A stretch of DNA of 53,640 nucleotides from Hydrurus foetidus (lineage: Eukaryota), in NCBI GenBank assembly GCA_900617105.1, contig UYFQ01000754.1:1-53640 (forward strand), in the 5' to 3' direction. This document shows positions 1 through 11,455 of this stretch, one piece after another (the first letter of the stretch is position 1; each line of letters begins with the position of its first letter). The position numbers were made by a program, and so were the translations under genes. The notes beneath the pieces were generated by a model that worked only from the letters and a program-made list of their open reading frames with translations, had not been told where the DNA came from and did not search any database.

Positions 1-3000
1 TATGTATGTACTGCCGATACTGATTTCATCTCTGCCCATGGTTCCCAAGTGTCGTGTTCCGAAGAGTAGTTATGCCAGCGTACAAGGAATTCAAGAGTGC
101 TGACTTTTTTCGGATTGCCACGATGAGTAACGATCGAATCGACGATGTACTCATCTCGGTCAAGGAGTGCAGTGGTGTATGCTTCGGCGGCAGAGCCGAT
201 GAAAGGTGAGACTCGACTTGCGTGCAATTTGTGAACAATGTTAGTGATAACATTTTTACAACTGATGTCGTTCTTTGTCTGATGCAGAACTTTGTAAGGT
301 CCGAGCATTCGAGGCGAAAGCTTAGATGAACGGAAGGAATGCGAGTTTTCGAGCGGATTCCAGAGTATAAAGTCACCAGGTTGGAACTTGTTTTGGAATG
401 CGGGAGGCGTTAAAGACTGCCGTTTAAGCCGTAGGGATTTTTGGTAGTCAGAGGTCACAGATCTTACAATAGAGAGATTATGGTCAAGCGAAGTGACAAG
501 TTCGTTGTAGGTGTGACCTGGCGAAAGCGGATCAGGCAATTTGAAACGAGAGTGATCTCGTGTGCCAAATTTAAGTTCTATTGGAGAGACACCTCCAATT
601 TCTGCATTGGGCATCGTCATCAAGGCATGATTGATGAGTGGGAGAACTGTGTCTGATGCCCACTTGTGAGTGAAGCGTTCATCGTGGACTAGGCGACGTA
701 GGTGTCCAAGGAACAGTGCGTTGACATGCTCAGTACCGTTGGACTCGTGGCGGCCGACAAGTGATACATGGTGAGGTACACCAATCCATTTGTTTAGTTG
801 GTCAAGGACGTCTGAGGTGAAGGCGCTACCCGGATCGGAATAAAGGGAGTCGTAAGATCCGAAGGTACAGTAGTGTTTGAAGAGTACTGTTGCAACTGTC
901 TGTGCGGTATAATCACGCACCGGATAAGCTTGGGGAAACTTTGTGTCGAGTTCAACAACAAGTAATAAGCCGATGTAACCGTCCTCATCTGCAGGTGTGA
1001 CAGAGACGTGGTCGATGCCGATGGAACGGGGGTGGTGGAAGACAGTTTCGCGAATCTCATTGTTTGGAATGAGTTGCATTGGAAGGCGATCTTTTTGACA
1101 CACGGGACATTCGGCAACCAGATCTTGGACGACGCGGAGTGGAATCCCGTGACCAGGAAATCGATGACAGAGGGAAAGATAGGTGCGTTTTGCGCCATGG
1201 TGCAAGGATCGTCCTCCATGGACAGTATTGAACATATCCATGACTGTTGCAGGTGTTGAAATGGTAGAAAGGGATGATTGTGCTGTTGAAGGTAGCTGGT
1301 GCATTCGTGATAGCCAATCTGCCACAGTGTTATCTTTACCGGGAATATGTTTGATTTCGAAGACATAGCTCTGAAGGAGTACCCGCCAGCGAACGACAAT
1401 TGGGACTTGACTGGTTTCTATCCAGACTAGATTACGGTGGTCGGTCTCTAGTAGGAATGGTTTACCTCGAAGATAGTAACTAAACTGAGTGACAGCAAAG
1501 TATAATCCGTAAGCTTCCTTTTTGAAGGTGTCCAAATTGATAGCGGCGCCAGAATATTTGTGTGAGGCGAATGCTATCGGTTGATGGATGAGAGAACCTT
1601 GAGGGTTTATGAATTCTTGGAACAAGACAGCACCTACGGCATGATCGGAGGAGTCCGATCGGATTACCCAAGGTAGAGTGTAATCTGGAAAATGCAGTGT
1701 TACTGACTGTGTGATGGCTATTTTGAAGAGTTCAAATAGGTGTTTATAGTCGGTTTTCCATGTAGAGCTGTCCCAGTTGAAGCTAGCAGCAGTGCATTCG
1801 TATAACGCAGATGCCCATGAGGCGAAGTTGGGAATGTGGGTATGAAAAAAATTTGCTGCTCCTAAGAAACTTTGCATTTGTTTCTGTGTTGTAGGGAAGA
1901 CCATAGAGGAGATGGCAGCTTTGCGTGCGTCTGAGAGCTGCCAAGATCCTGGGTGAACTTCGTAGCCGAAGAAAGTGACAACGTCGGTCCCGATCCACGA
2001 TTTTTTCATCTTCAAAACCAGACCGTATCTTTGGCAGCGACGTAGTACTTCTTCAAGTTTACTGTAAGCATCGTTGTAATCGGAGGCGAGAATCAAAAAA
2101 TTGTCGAAAATAACAATAATCCAGTCGGTGAAGTCTGCAAAGATTTGACGGACTATGGACTGAAGGATACCAGATGCTGGGCCAACTCCTTCTGGAAGGA
2201 ACTTTGGACGGAATAGTCCCCATGGTGTAGATACAGAAAGGAGGTTGGAGCTGAAGTCGTCTATAGGAATTTGGTGGAATGAGTTTGTCATATCCAGATC
2301 CACAAAAACTTTCCATCCTGCCGCTTTTGCGAGAGACTGTTGAACATGTGGTATTGGTTCTTGTGGAATACTAATGAAAGGATTGATAGGGCGATAGTCG
2401 CCACAGAGTCTTATGAAGGGAGCAGTAGCTTTTGGTGCAATCACTAGTGGACAAGCGATTGCAGATGTCGATGGTTCGTAGAAGTATGTTCGCATGCGGT
2501 CAAACTCGGTTTTAGCGTCTTGATACAAGGCCTCTCGAACAGGTCGAGCCCGTGCTTTAAGGTGATCAGGTATTCCAGGTTTGACGTCAAGATGTATTGG
2601 TGACATGTCAATGCCCTTCCACGTATGTGGGACAAAAACATCATAAGCAAGTTCTGATTGAAGGAGGTCCATGATAGCTGGACAAGCAGCAAGTATGCCA
2701 GGAGTAACGTGCGTTATGAGATCAGCGTCATATGCTGCTCGAGCTTCTTGTGGAGTGGTTGTTAGGTAAGTTAGGATGTCGTCGGGGAAACTAGTTGGAT
2801 CAGGAGTACTGAGTTCTTCGGGTGCAAGAGAGTCGATAGGTTTTGACCAAGGTTGGAGTATGTCACCAGGATCTGGGGAGCATAGCAACGCAGTTAACAT
2901 GTCGTATTGAGTTTCTACACGATTGTCAGCAAATGCGTGACCAAGTCGAGGATGAGTAAGAACATTAGTGATTGTTCCATCCTCAAGTGCGAGTAGATGT

Positions 3001-3710
3001 ATGTCAGTAGTAGCACTAGTGCAAATAATATTCTTGCGTTGCACATAGTCTTCATTACATTTTCGCAATTTTCTTGTTGCACACTCTATCTCATGATGGT
3101 TTTGTTTCAGACGAAGTTGATTAATTGTTTTTGTTGCTTTTGTCAAATTTGTTCCAAGATCGTTGGTGATCAAAAGTTGGCGAGCTGTTACAATGGAATC
3201 AGCGAAGAGGTCATAAAACGGTCCGATAAGATCAATCAATCCAATGATAATGTCATGACTCAAATCGTCAAGGACGCTGTACCAGAGCAGGTGTTGGTGA
3301 TTGTTGTCGGTAGAATCGAATACACTTATGGTAAGAGGAACTTCAAGTTGGATTGATAGGAAGCGAGCGTCGCCTAAGCGAACTATTCGATCTATTGGGC
3401 GACTGAGATTAGTAACAGTCTCAGGAAGGCTATCAAATAGTTGTCTGGAGATGAAGTTGCTGCCTTGTGCTCCTGTGTCAAGTAAACCTCGTGTGAAGTT
3501 GATTGGTTCGTTGTCAGTCACGATGGTACCAGCGCGAATGAAGGGCTGGCACAGTATCTGTGAAGATGTAGATGTGGCAGCTGCCAGTTGATTGAGCATG
3601 GCTTGCGTTAAGATTTTGTCGGGATCAAATACAGTCGGATGTGCGTAGTCGTTTAAGGGGGCGAGGTGATCTTCCACATGCATGTCAGCAAAGGAAGGCC
3701 TCGCAGATTC
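1..3710 (-). CDS. pol: Gypsy pol polyprotein (protease, RT, RNase H, integrase, chromodomain), partial at window edge
   Basis: Motifs translated by hand from the minus strand: LLDTGAQG (protease); VFVDLDMTNSFHQI, LPEGVGPASGILQ, WIIVIFDNFL (RT); IRSDSSDHAVGAVL (RNase H); HGGRSLHHG...CPVCQK, GIDH, SDPGSAF, GRHESNG (integrase); EFLVRWHNYSSEHDTWEPW (chromodomain). Protease, RT and chromodomain codons were checked to share one frame. Its absence from the ORF track fits a frame with no stop before position 1. Confidence 0.9.
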
Positions 3711-5437
3711 CTATTTGTGGTACGGACGAGTAGTTGTCGTTGAGACATGAGGCTTTGTAGCTGCAGGAAGATATGGAGGTGCAGAGTTCTTGAATCCGTG
3801 GGAATTGTTTATTTTCTGTTTGTTGGTTGGTTCAAGTTTTGGAGAAGACCATTGTTCTAGCTGTCCATGTTGTTGTAGCTCTCGTTTGGCAAGTAGAGTA
3901 AATGACTGAATACACCGTTCCTGACCTGCAGCCGAATGATCAAAAGTGCAACCAGAGTGCTGGCGCATGCATTTACCGTAGACGAATGCTTCACTGCAAT
4001 ATCCACGGAAGGTCGCAGAAACAGCTGAACGGGAGCGATGCTGATCTGCGTTTATTGCAAGGAGGAAATCATTGTCTGTAGGTGTCGTGTTTGTATCATT
4101 CTGGTCATCAAATTCTTCAGTTGAGATTTCAAGCGCATCCTCCTTTTCTATGTCTTCATCATTGTTATCGTCATCGATGGAGTTTGACGTTTGTCGAGAA
4201 GAGATCTCTAGCGAAGAGAAGTTGGACTGCCGATGTTGGTCGTGTTTACGAGGAGTAACAAACGGTGGACGGCTTGGTGTAGATATCTGATGTCGGGTAT
4301 GCGATTCCGCTTGAGTGTATCGTAAATCCTCATAGCGAATAGGGGTTAGCTTTGCATCGAAGTCTTGACGAGCCTCGCTTTGGGCGCGGCCCTCCATTAG
4401 TCTGGCTCTGATAAACTTGACTGATGCCTCAAGAGTCTTGTGTTTGACGAGTTCGTCTTTGCTAAGCCATTGTAGTATTGATTCTTTTGTGTACCCAATG
4501 ATATTAGCCATAAGGCAATTTGACCAGGACTGTCCCTTGTTCCATAGCCGCAGACTGGAATCTTTGCCTTGTTAGTGCTGTGATTGGAGGTTTCTTCTGA
4601 CATGAGCTCGTAGAGGTGGAGCAAGTCGGTGAGTGACTTCATCAGTGGAGCGTAGAATGTGCTAGAGAAGTTGTCGGTGGTTATGGAGGGAGTCTGTGGG
4701 ATTCCTTTGCCAAGAAACAGAATTAGTTCCTTGGAGTAAAGCTCTTTTGTTCTTGGTCTTGCAGCCTCCACCAAAATAGCTTGTACCTCTGAATTTGATA
4801 AAGAGAGCCAATCTTCAACCATTATTTCGTTGGTTTCTATTCCGGTAATTAGGGATTCTCGATAACGGTGGGAGTTCCACGAGGCTATCACATGCGGGCG
4901 AAGGTTGTAGGAGACCATGTGGGCCATTTTGATATCACGACCGGGGTATTTGGAGGACAATAGTTGAAGTTGTCGAGCCAGATACTGGAGGCCTTCCAAC
5001 GAACTGACTTTCAGCTCTTTGTCGTACACAATATCTGCTTGGAGCACTTGGATATTTGGTTTCAGTGGCGTATCAATGAGCGGCGTATCTGATGGCGGTG
5101 GACTTAATGGAAGTTGGGAAATTCCGAAGAACATTGAGGATCTTCTGCTACCACGGGATTTGATTGGGAGAGGTGTTTCCATGCTTTCGTCACCCATTGG
5201 AGATTGAGAGCTTGATCGATTGATTGCGATGATGGCGTCTTTGAGTTCGTTAATGTCGGCACGATTGCTTGCTTGGTTTTCGTTACTCGATTTCAGAAAG
5301 TGAGCGAACATATTCTTGAGCTCCAGAATCGAATTTTCGATTGGGTTTTCCTTCGAGACATCCATCTTCTTTTTTAAGTCTTCCTTCTTGGCATCTTCTT
5401 TCAAAGGTTGGATTTGGCTTCCTGTTCCTTCAGACAT
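3711..5437 (-). CDS. gag: Gypsy gag-like protein with a 1-nt frameshift near 4485 and a C-terminal CCCH-type motif
   Basis: ORFs 5506-4397 (first ATG 5437) and 4511-3711 join as ...LWLISLGTQ/KESILQWL... at an A-run. C-x8-C-x6-C-x3-H motif (CSEAFVYGKCMRQHSGCTFDH). Lies directly upstream of pol. Confidence 0.75.
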
Positions 5438-6827
5438 AGTCGAAGCAAGAAAAGAGAATTGTAGTCTTGGTTTCTTGAATAGGTTTCTTGATTCAAGATT
5501 GAGCACTTACCTCAGAGATTCGGAATCTCTCTGAGCCAGGGCGATCACTGCTTTCTGGCGGATAAGAGACGAATCAACTGAGGGAAATCGTTCCTTTAAC
5601 GTTTTCTCGTGGTTACTAGAAATATATATTTATGCTGTGTCACGGTTCAGCAAACTGGCTGAAGATGAAACGTTGGTTCTGGAGTTGAGCAAATCGGCTC
5701 AACTGGAGATCTTGTCAGACTACTTGGACTGATCAAGGCGGTTGGTTGACTCAAAGGAGTCGAAGTCGGTTGGAGTTTATTAACGGTAGTTATTAAGATG
5801 TGAAAGGAGTGTGAGATTAGCTACGATAGAGTGCAACTCGAGTTGACGTTGTCGAACAGTCAGAAACCGAAAACTGGTTCGAAAAACTAGTGGTTACAAC
5901 TAACGTGCGATTTGTCAGTACATACGTGCATGCAATATATAGTGTAACTATAACAACAGGTCTCCGGCGGGGTCCTGAATCACAGGTGATCCAGGAGACT
6001 GTACTATGTCCGAACTGTCTGGGCAATGTAGGCTGCCCGGGCTGCAATACTGACGGCGCGGGGGATGGTGGGTCCGCTCGCAACGATGATGTCGCTGGTA
6101 GCAGGTTGGCGGGTTGCCCTTTTCTTCATGTGGCGTAGAGACATTGATGGCGATCCGATATGAAATTTATAGGACGGATGAATAAAAGGGTTTGAGAAAA
6201 AAATTCTCTGAATAGGATTCGGTGATGACCGAATATCGATATTATGGCCGATGGGGCACTAGGACTGTTGGACTGGGAGACGAAGACTGAGGGAGACAGA
6301 AACTGAAGATGGTGGGCTGAGGGAAAAAGCTCTGGTCAAAGATTACAGTTGATAGGAGTGAGTAATGTGTACAGTACTCTCAACATTGAACAACAATAGG
6401 GGGGACTTTAGATCCATAACTGAAATCTGGGCGTAATGAACCTATTATACCTAGTATACCTAGACACATTGCATCCACGTATAGATGCAGTAAGGCTACA
6501 ATAGATAGACTTTAACATTAAAATAAGAAATATCTGATGAAGCAACCAAATGAGCAGAAAGTTGCCCCACAGTCGCATCACACTGGAGACGAATCTGACA
6601 AACGATTCTATTGTGTGTCCAATGTCGCATCAGGCCATCGAAGCATCTATCTGTGTAAAAATTAAGGGGAGGAAACAGCTGTACCATTTTTGTGTTTTCA
6701 GTTCGAGATAAAGTTGAGGTTGTGCTATGGACCAAGAATTTAAGAGAAATGGGACTAATAAGCGGCCCAAAACTGTGGTGCGAGAGGAGAAAAAAAGAGG
6801 TGAAAGATGGAGAAAGATACTGAGTTA

Positions 6828-7185
6828 CAGTGGGAGTCACCTATAAACGGAATAGTCCTATCTTTTCCGGTTAAAATTCTACTAGATAAAACCGCGTAGG
6901 CGCAGTCGTACGTGCGTACGTACGTGCGTTCGTTCGTTCGTAAGTACATGATATGTGTACATACCATTGTTACGAGTAGTCTTGCTGTCTTGCTGTGAGC
7001 TGTGAGCCTTACGAGATCACTCTCTCAGTTGAAATGTTTACTACCTCTATCTCTGTTGAAATGTTTGCATGACCTTGCTCTACGCGATGACAGAGGCATA
7101 AAAGCAGTGAAAAAACACATGCAAAAGTTTTAGTAGTTCTGGGGTCCACCAGTCACACTGTTCCGTTTATGGGTGACTCCGACTG
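6828..7185. mobile_element. Tc1/mariner-type non-autonomous element (MITE), 358 bp
   Basis: 29-bp imperfect TIRs (cagtgggagtcacctataaacggaatagt versus reverse complement cagtcggagtcacccataaacggaacagt, 3 mismatches), flanked by TA at 6826-27 and 7186-87; no coding capacity. Confidence 0.8.
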
Positions 7186-7605
7186 TACAAAAGGATTAAA
7201 TCGGGAAAGTGACATTTAAAAAACGCTTCACAATACTTGATAGATTTTAGTAGAAAATTTCCTATGATACATCAACTTATGATTGCATGTTTCATTATAT
7301 GCGCCGACTCGAACTCAATATCTCGATCATCGAAAAAAGTTGTTAGCGAAAGTCAAAAGATATTTTATGAACCAAAACAACTTCGCTGTTCGGGGGGGAG
7401 TTTGGAATCGAATCTATTTTATTCTCAACCGTTTGGTAGAGAGTACAGAGGTAGAGTCTATGGATATTTAAGGATATTTTTTGTAATTTCATTAATTTGT
7501 CACTCATTTGAATCTTGCTTCTAAATTTTCAAAAAAACCGGACTTTTTTTTGATTTTTTTGGGCGACAATTTTTTCCTAGGAAGCCAGGGATTTTGTTTC
7601 TGAAT

Positions 7606-8002
7606 TTTCACAACATTGATAGCTCGAGTGATCAAGAAGGCCATGGCGAATTTAGCGGCATCGTCAGATTTTATTGAAATTGCGTGCAAATATTGCTAAA
7701 TGGATTACCGCGCAGTGCATGCAATAAATTTCATCGTTTTCGGTCATAACTCAACAACCAGAGGGACCATAGACGTTTTGGATACATTTCATTCTATAAT
7801 TTCGTTGGAGAAGTGTCCTATGATAGCTGGTGCACTTGAAATGCTCTATTGAAAAAGTTGTTCTTTGACACCCCTGTACCAAGCGTCGGCGCACTGCGCG
7901 GTAATCCATGTAGCAAATCGGACGACACTACTAAACTCACCATGATCAATTTGCCCCAGTTTAACTCGCTTCTTGATAGCTCGTCCTATCAATGTTGTGA
8001 AA
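7606..8002. repeat. Degenerate long inverted repeat (fold-back/MITE-like)
   Basis: tttcacaacattgatag...ttgctaaatggattaccgcgcagtgc (7606-7718) is mirrored by gcactgcgcggtaatccatgtagcaa...ctatcaatgttgtgaaa (7891-8002), with indels. Confidence 0.7.
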
Positions 8003-8073
8003 TTTTGCTCTCAACAGACCCCATCGAATTTTTTTGTCACTGTGCAGGGATGTACAGCGACTTTGTACGTATA

Positions 8074-8550
8074 CCGTCCAGTGCCTCTTTATATGTATTC
8101 CGGTTTTGACCAAAAATGGCCAAAATTCATATTTTAAGGAACCTTTTCTGACACACTTAATCTCGTTGAAACGAGTTCAAGGAACCAGACTAATCCGAAT
8201 ATTCTGCGCAAGAAACAATATGAGAACATTCTTGTCCGAGCGCTACTTAAGCTACAATTTGTCGTCCAAAATGACAATTTCTCATTCTCGACTCGCGGGA
8301 ACCGAAATATTTGAAACTATGAATATGCCAGAAATTTTTGAAATCAGCAGTCTTACTCATAAAAATGTACTGAGTCCAAATCGCAAAAAAGATTTTGATG
8401 AAAATCTATATTGGTGGAGACAGATTTTCCGTATTTCGCTTCTTTTTTTTTCGTGTCAGAATTTTGCCTTTTTAGTGTTTCTCAGCGTTAAAAAGAGGGG
8501 GGTATTTCCCATTTTTCCCATCTCTATACAAAGAAAGAGGCACTGGACGG
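8074..8550. mobile_element. Tc1/mariner-type MITE, 477 bp
   Basis: Perfect 17-bp TIR ccgtccagtgcctcttt / aaagaggcactggacgg (about 25 bp with 2 mismatches), flanked by TA at 8072-73 and 8551-52. Confidence 0.85.
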
Positions 8551-8589
8551 TACCTAGTCCAAACGATTGAGTCCATGTTTATAGCTATT

Positions 8590-8725
8590 TTCATCACGAG
8601 GGCGTAATTGAGCTTTTACGGTCGAGGTTTTTTTCGTGATTCTGAGCCAGAGGGCGCAGCCCGAGGAGCTGAATTCACTGAAAAAGAAACCAGGGAACGG
8701 AAAAGATCTACGCCCAAGTGGTGAA
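8590..8725. repeat. Imperfect palindromic element centred on gggc-gca-gccc
   Basis: Nested complementary arms: ttcatcacgagggcgta/tacgcccaagtggtgaa, cttttacg/cggaaaag, ggttttttcgtga/tcactgaaaaagaaacc, apex gagggcgcagcccga. Confidence 0.6.
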
Positions 8726-9081
8726 CATCGCTTATGATTTCAGTGAGGAGGGCTTAAAACGCTGTTATTCGCCCGCCCGTGAGATCGGTTAAAAATCGGA
8801 AATGTTCGGTCAGAGAAATGGGGATAAAACGGCGTTTTATACCCCTCCGAAATTGTAAGAGTCCGTTCGGCGAGAAAGAAAAACACTGTATTTCGGCGAT
8901 TCCACTGTATTTTTGGAATACAGAATTTTCTGAATTATTTTGAAGTGTTTGAGACACCAAGCCAAACTCTGCATTGCCTCAAATACAGAGTACAAATTAT
9001 TCGACTTTTTTCAAAATAATTTTCTCTGTATTTTTACAAACTTGGTCTGCAAGTCATCTCATTATTCAATAGCAGGACAAC

Positions 9082-10006
9082 ATGGCTGCAGCAGCGAAGG
9101 AGACAAACCGAACTGATTGGAATGAGGACAACAAGCGCTACTTTGTCCATGCCATGATGAACGAGGCATCGAAAGGAAATTTCGTCGACAACGGGTTCAA
9201 GAAGCAATCGTTGCATGCAATCCAAGTAGAATTCAGAGAGAGTTCAGGTTGCAATTATGATAAGTCGCAACTTCACAGCCATTACGCAATTCTTTAGAAG
9301 AAGTGCCATGTTTACAAGACATTAAAAAGATAACAGTGGACTCGGAGTTGAACCAACAACCGGCGCACCGACAGCTCCTACTGAAGTCTGGACTTCTTAC
9401 ATCCAGGCACATCCCAATGCTGCCCCGTTCAGATACAAGCCGTTACTGTTTTTCGATGTGTTAGACAGTATTTTCTCAGGGAAAGTTGCCAGCGGAAAAT
9501 ATGCGATGTCATCTTATGTGACACCATCACCAGCTGCAATCCAGAGCGCTAAGAGACCGAGGAACGATTTCGTTGATGAAACGTTGCTGTCACCGAAGGC
9601 GAGAAAGACAGACAATGACGATGGCGATGATTCTAGCATCGACAGTGCCCGAGTGAATAGAGCCCTCAACCGCGATGCAGCGCCCGGCGATGAAAAGAAG
9701 AAAGGCGGAATGAAGCCTGTACAGCCTGTACCTATCCGTGTTGCTCGAGCAAAGCCTGGTTCCGATCTGACTATTATGTTGGGTAAAATCGTGGCGAATC
9801 AAGATAAAATCGTCGCACATAACATGTCCGAAAGCAAGTTGGACCAAGCTCTCAAGATTTTCAGTGCCAAGTACAGTACTGATCTTACAGTCTCGGACCG
9901 CTTGAAATTTAAAAAAGTGTTATCTGCCCAACAGGCAACTGCTGAGATGTTCCTTCGATTGGATGAGGAAGAAAAAGAAGCATTTATTCAAGAGATAATC
10001 ATGTAG
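9082..10006 (+). pseudogene. Harbinger Myb/SANT-like DNA-binding protein, disrupted
   Basis: MAAAAKETNRTDWNEDNKRYFV...DNGFKKQ is a Myb/SANT-like start; premature TAG at 9295-97 and a frameshift before SGLGVEP...EVWTSYIQAHPNA; continues as 9458-10006. Confidence 0.8.
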
Positions 10007-10317
10007 AACGTTCAATTTGGCGTACGTACATAGCGTGCTATGGGTCTCATATCCACAAATTTGAAACTATGATGACAATGCCACTGGTAAATGTGGTCAA
10101 ATTTTTGGGAGCGTAGCAATTATAGACTTATGAAGCAAAGGAAAGAGAGTATTTTTTGTTATGATGGGGAGTTTTTGAAACTCAATGACTCTCAAATTCG
10201 AAAGAAGTTTTTTTCAAAATCATGAAATGCTCCGAATATTAGCAAATGACTCAGCAGTAAAAAATCTGCTAAGCAAATTGTAGAACTTTTTTTTGAAGGA
10301 TTTTTATTCAACAGTTT

Positions 10318-11455
10318 CTAAGGTTCTATGTTCATGTTATGAGCAACATAATCGTCCCACATAGCATTCACTATTCCATTGCGCCACTGATACAAAGCGT
10401 TCGCATTTCCAACCACCTCTACATCCCCATTCGGTTCGAAATCTTGTCCTGCATCATCATCATCATCATAGAAATAATCCTCGTACAGCTGGTTTAACCT
10501 CATAAAGTTATGCAGCATGAGGGCACACATGACAAGATCACATTGAAATAGAAAATCAAAAGATTTCATTACGACAAGTATTGGGAAACGTTTTTTAACT
10601 ACACCGAAAATTCTTTCAATCGCGTTCCTCAAATTCCCTCGCGTTTTGAGGCCTGCGGTTTCCGAGAGCCCACTCCTTTAAATGGTATCTTGTGTCCCTA
10701 TAAGGTGTAAGTACTGTTGATGTTAAAGCATACCCGCCGTCCCCTAGATAAAACTTCCCTGAAAACACTGGCAGTCCCCTATTTCTTGCATCATCAAGTA
10801 CCCAGCTGTCGTGAGCTGATCCTTCCCAACCACAGAGAGCATAAGAAAAAGTCAAATTGAAATTCGTCACGGCCAGAACGTTGTGCGAGATGGTTTTCTT
10901 TGGATTTCGGAAGACGCCATGCTCTTCATTAGGCACTACCGCCATTATGTGCGTACCGTCAAGAGCCCCTATGCAGTTTCCGAAGTATGGACGAAATTTG
11001 TCATTCGCGGCGATGTAATCTTATACCGGATCTCCCTCTTTCGGCACTTTGAAAAAGTGCTCTTTGCAAGCCAGGATGCTTGCTGCAACCTCATGTATCG
11101 CCAGGGAGGCAGTCGACCCACTATGCTGCCATCTTTCAGCTATTTGGCGATTCGGTTGGCCAGTCAAGACATGAACAAACATAAGCAACTTTTCCCTGGC
11201 TTCCAGAAACATGGAATTCTCGAGACCGCCTTCCGCTTTCAAAAGATCGAGAAGAGATAGAAACGTAGAATTATCCATTCTTGCAACATTAAGAAACCGA
11301 TTTGGATTATCTGTTGCCAACAGCTCTGCATAGTAAAGCTGTTTAGTTAAAACCGAGTCGTGTTGAGGTGTGGGTCCTTCATTGGCAGCACGAGATGCTG
11401 CTAAAATCATGGCTACGAGCGTTATGACATCAAATGCAACGTCTACGTCACTCAT
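10318..11455 (-). pseudogene. Harbinger DDE transposase (HARBI1-like), frameshifted
   Basis: Three fragments carrying NRQIAERWQHSGST, GALDGTH (linking frame), NVLAVTNF...GWEGSAHDS, YLGDGGY, TPYR...YHLKEW, RNAIERIFGVVKKRFPIL, LMLHNF. Confidence 0.9.

Larger units (their letters stand above)
1..6468 (-). mobile_element. Ty3/gypsy (chromovirus-type) LTR retrotransposon, 3' end beyond window; 5' boundary tentative
   Basis: Minus-strand gag followed by PR-RT-RNaseH-IN-chromodomain (gypsy domain order). The 5' LTR cannot be confirmed because the 3' LTR is outside the window; 6468 is only a candidate TG start. Confidence 0.85.

Noticed and set aside
26..3591. Short listed ORFs suggesting a fragmented pol pseudogene
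   Set aside because: They are alternative frames; the true pol frame appears open to the window edge.
5890..6138. Small ORF with CPNC...CPGC as a zinc-finger gene
   Set aside because: 82 aa, GTG start, antisense within the presumed gypsy leader, no other support.
6325..6468. Gypsy 5' LTR and PBS (minus-strand ...ctatca-actgtaatctttgaccagagc)
   Set aside because: Cannot be validated without the 3' LTR; only a partial resemblance to a tRNA-iMet PBS.
7154..8044. Transib-like element with CACA(C/G)TG ends
   Set aside because: No matching 5-bp TSD, and the left motif overlaps the TIR of the 6828-7185 MITE.
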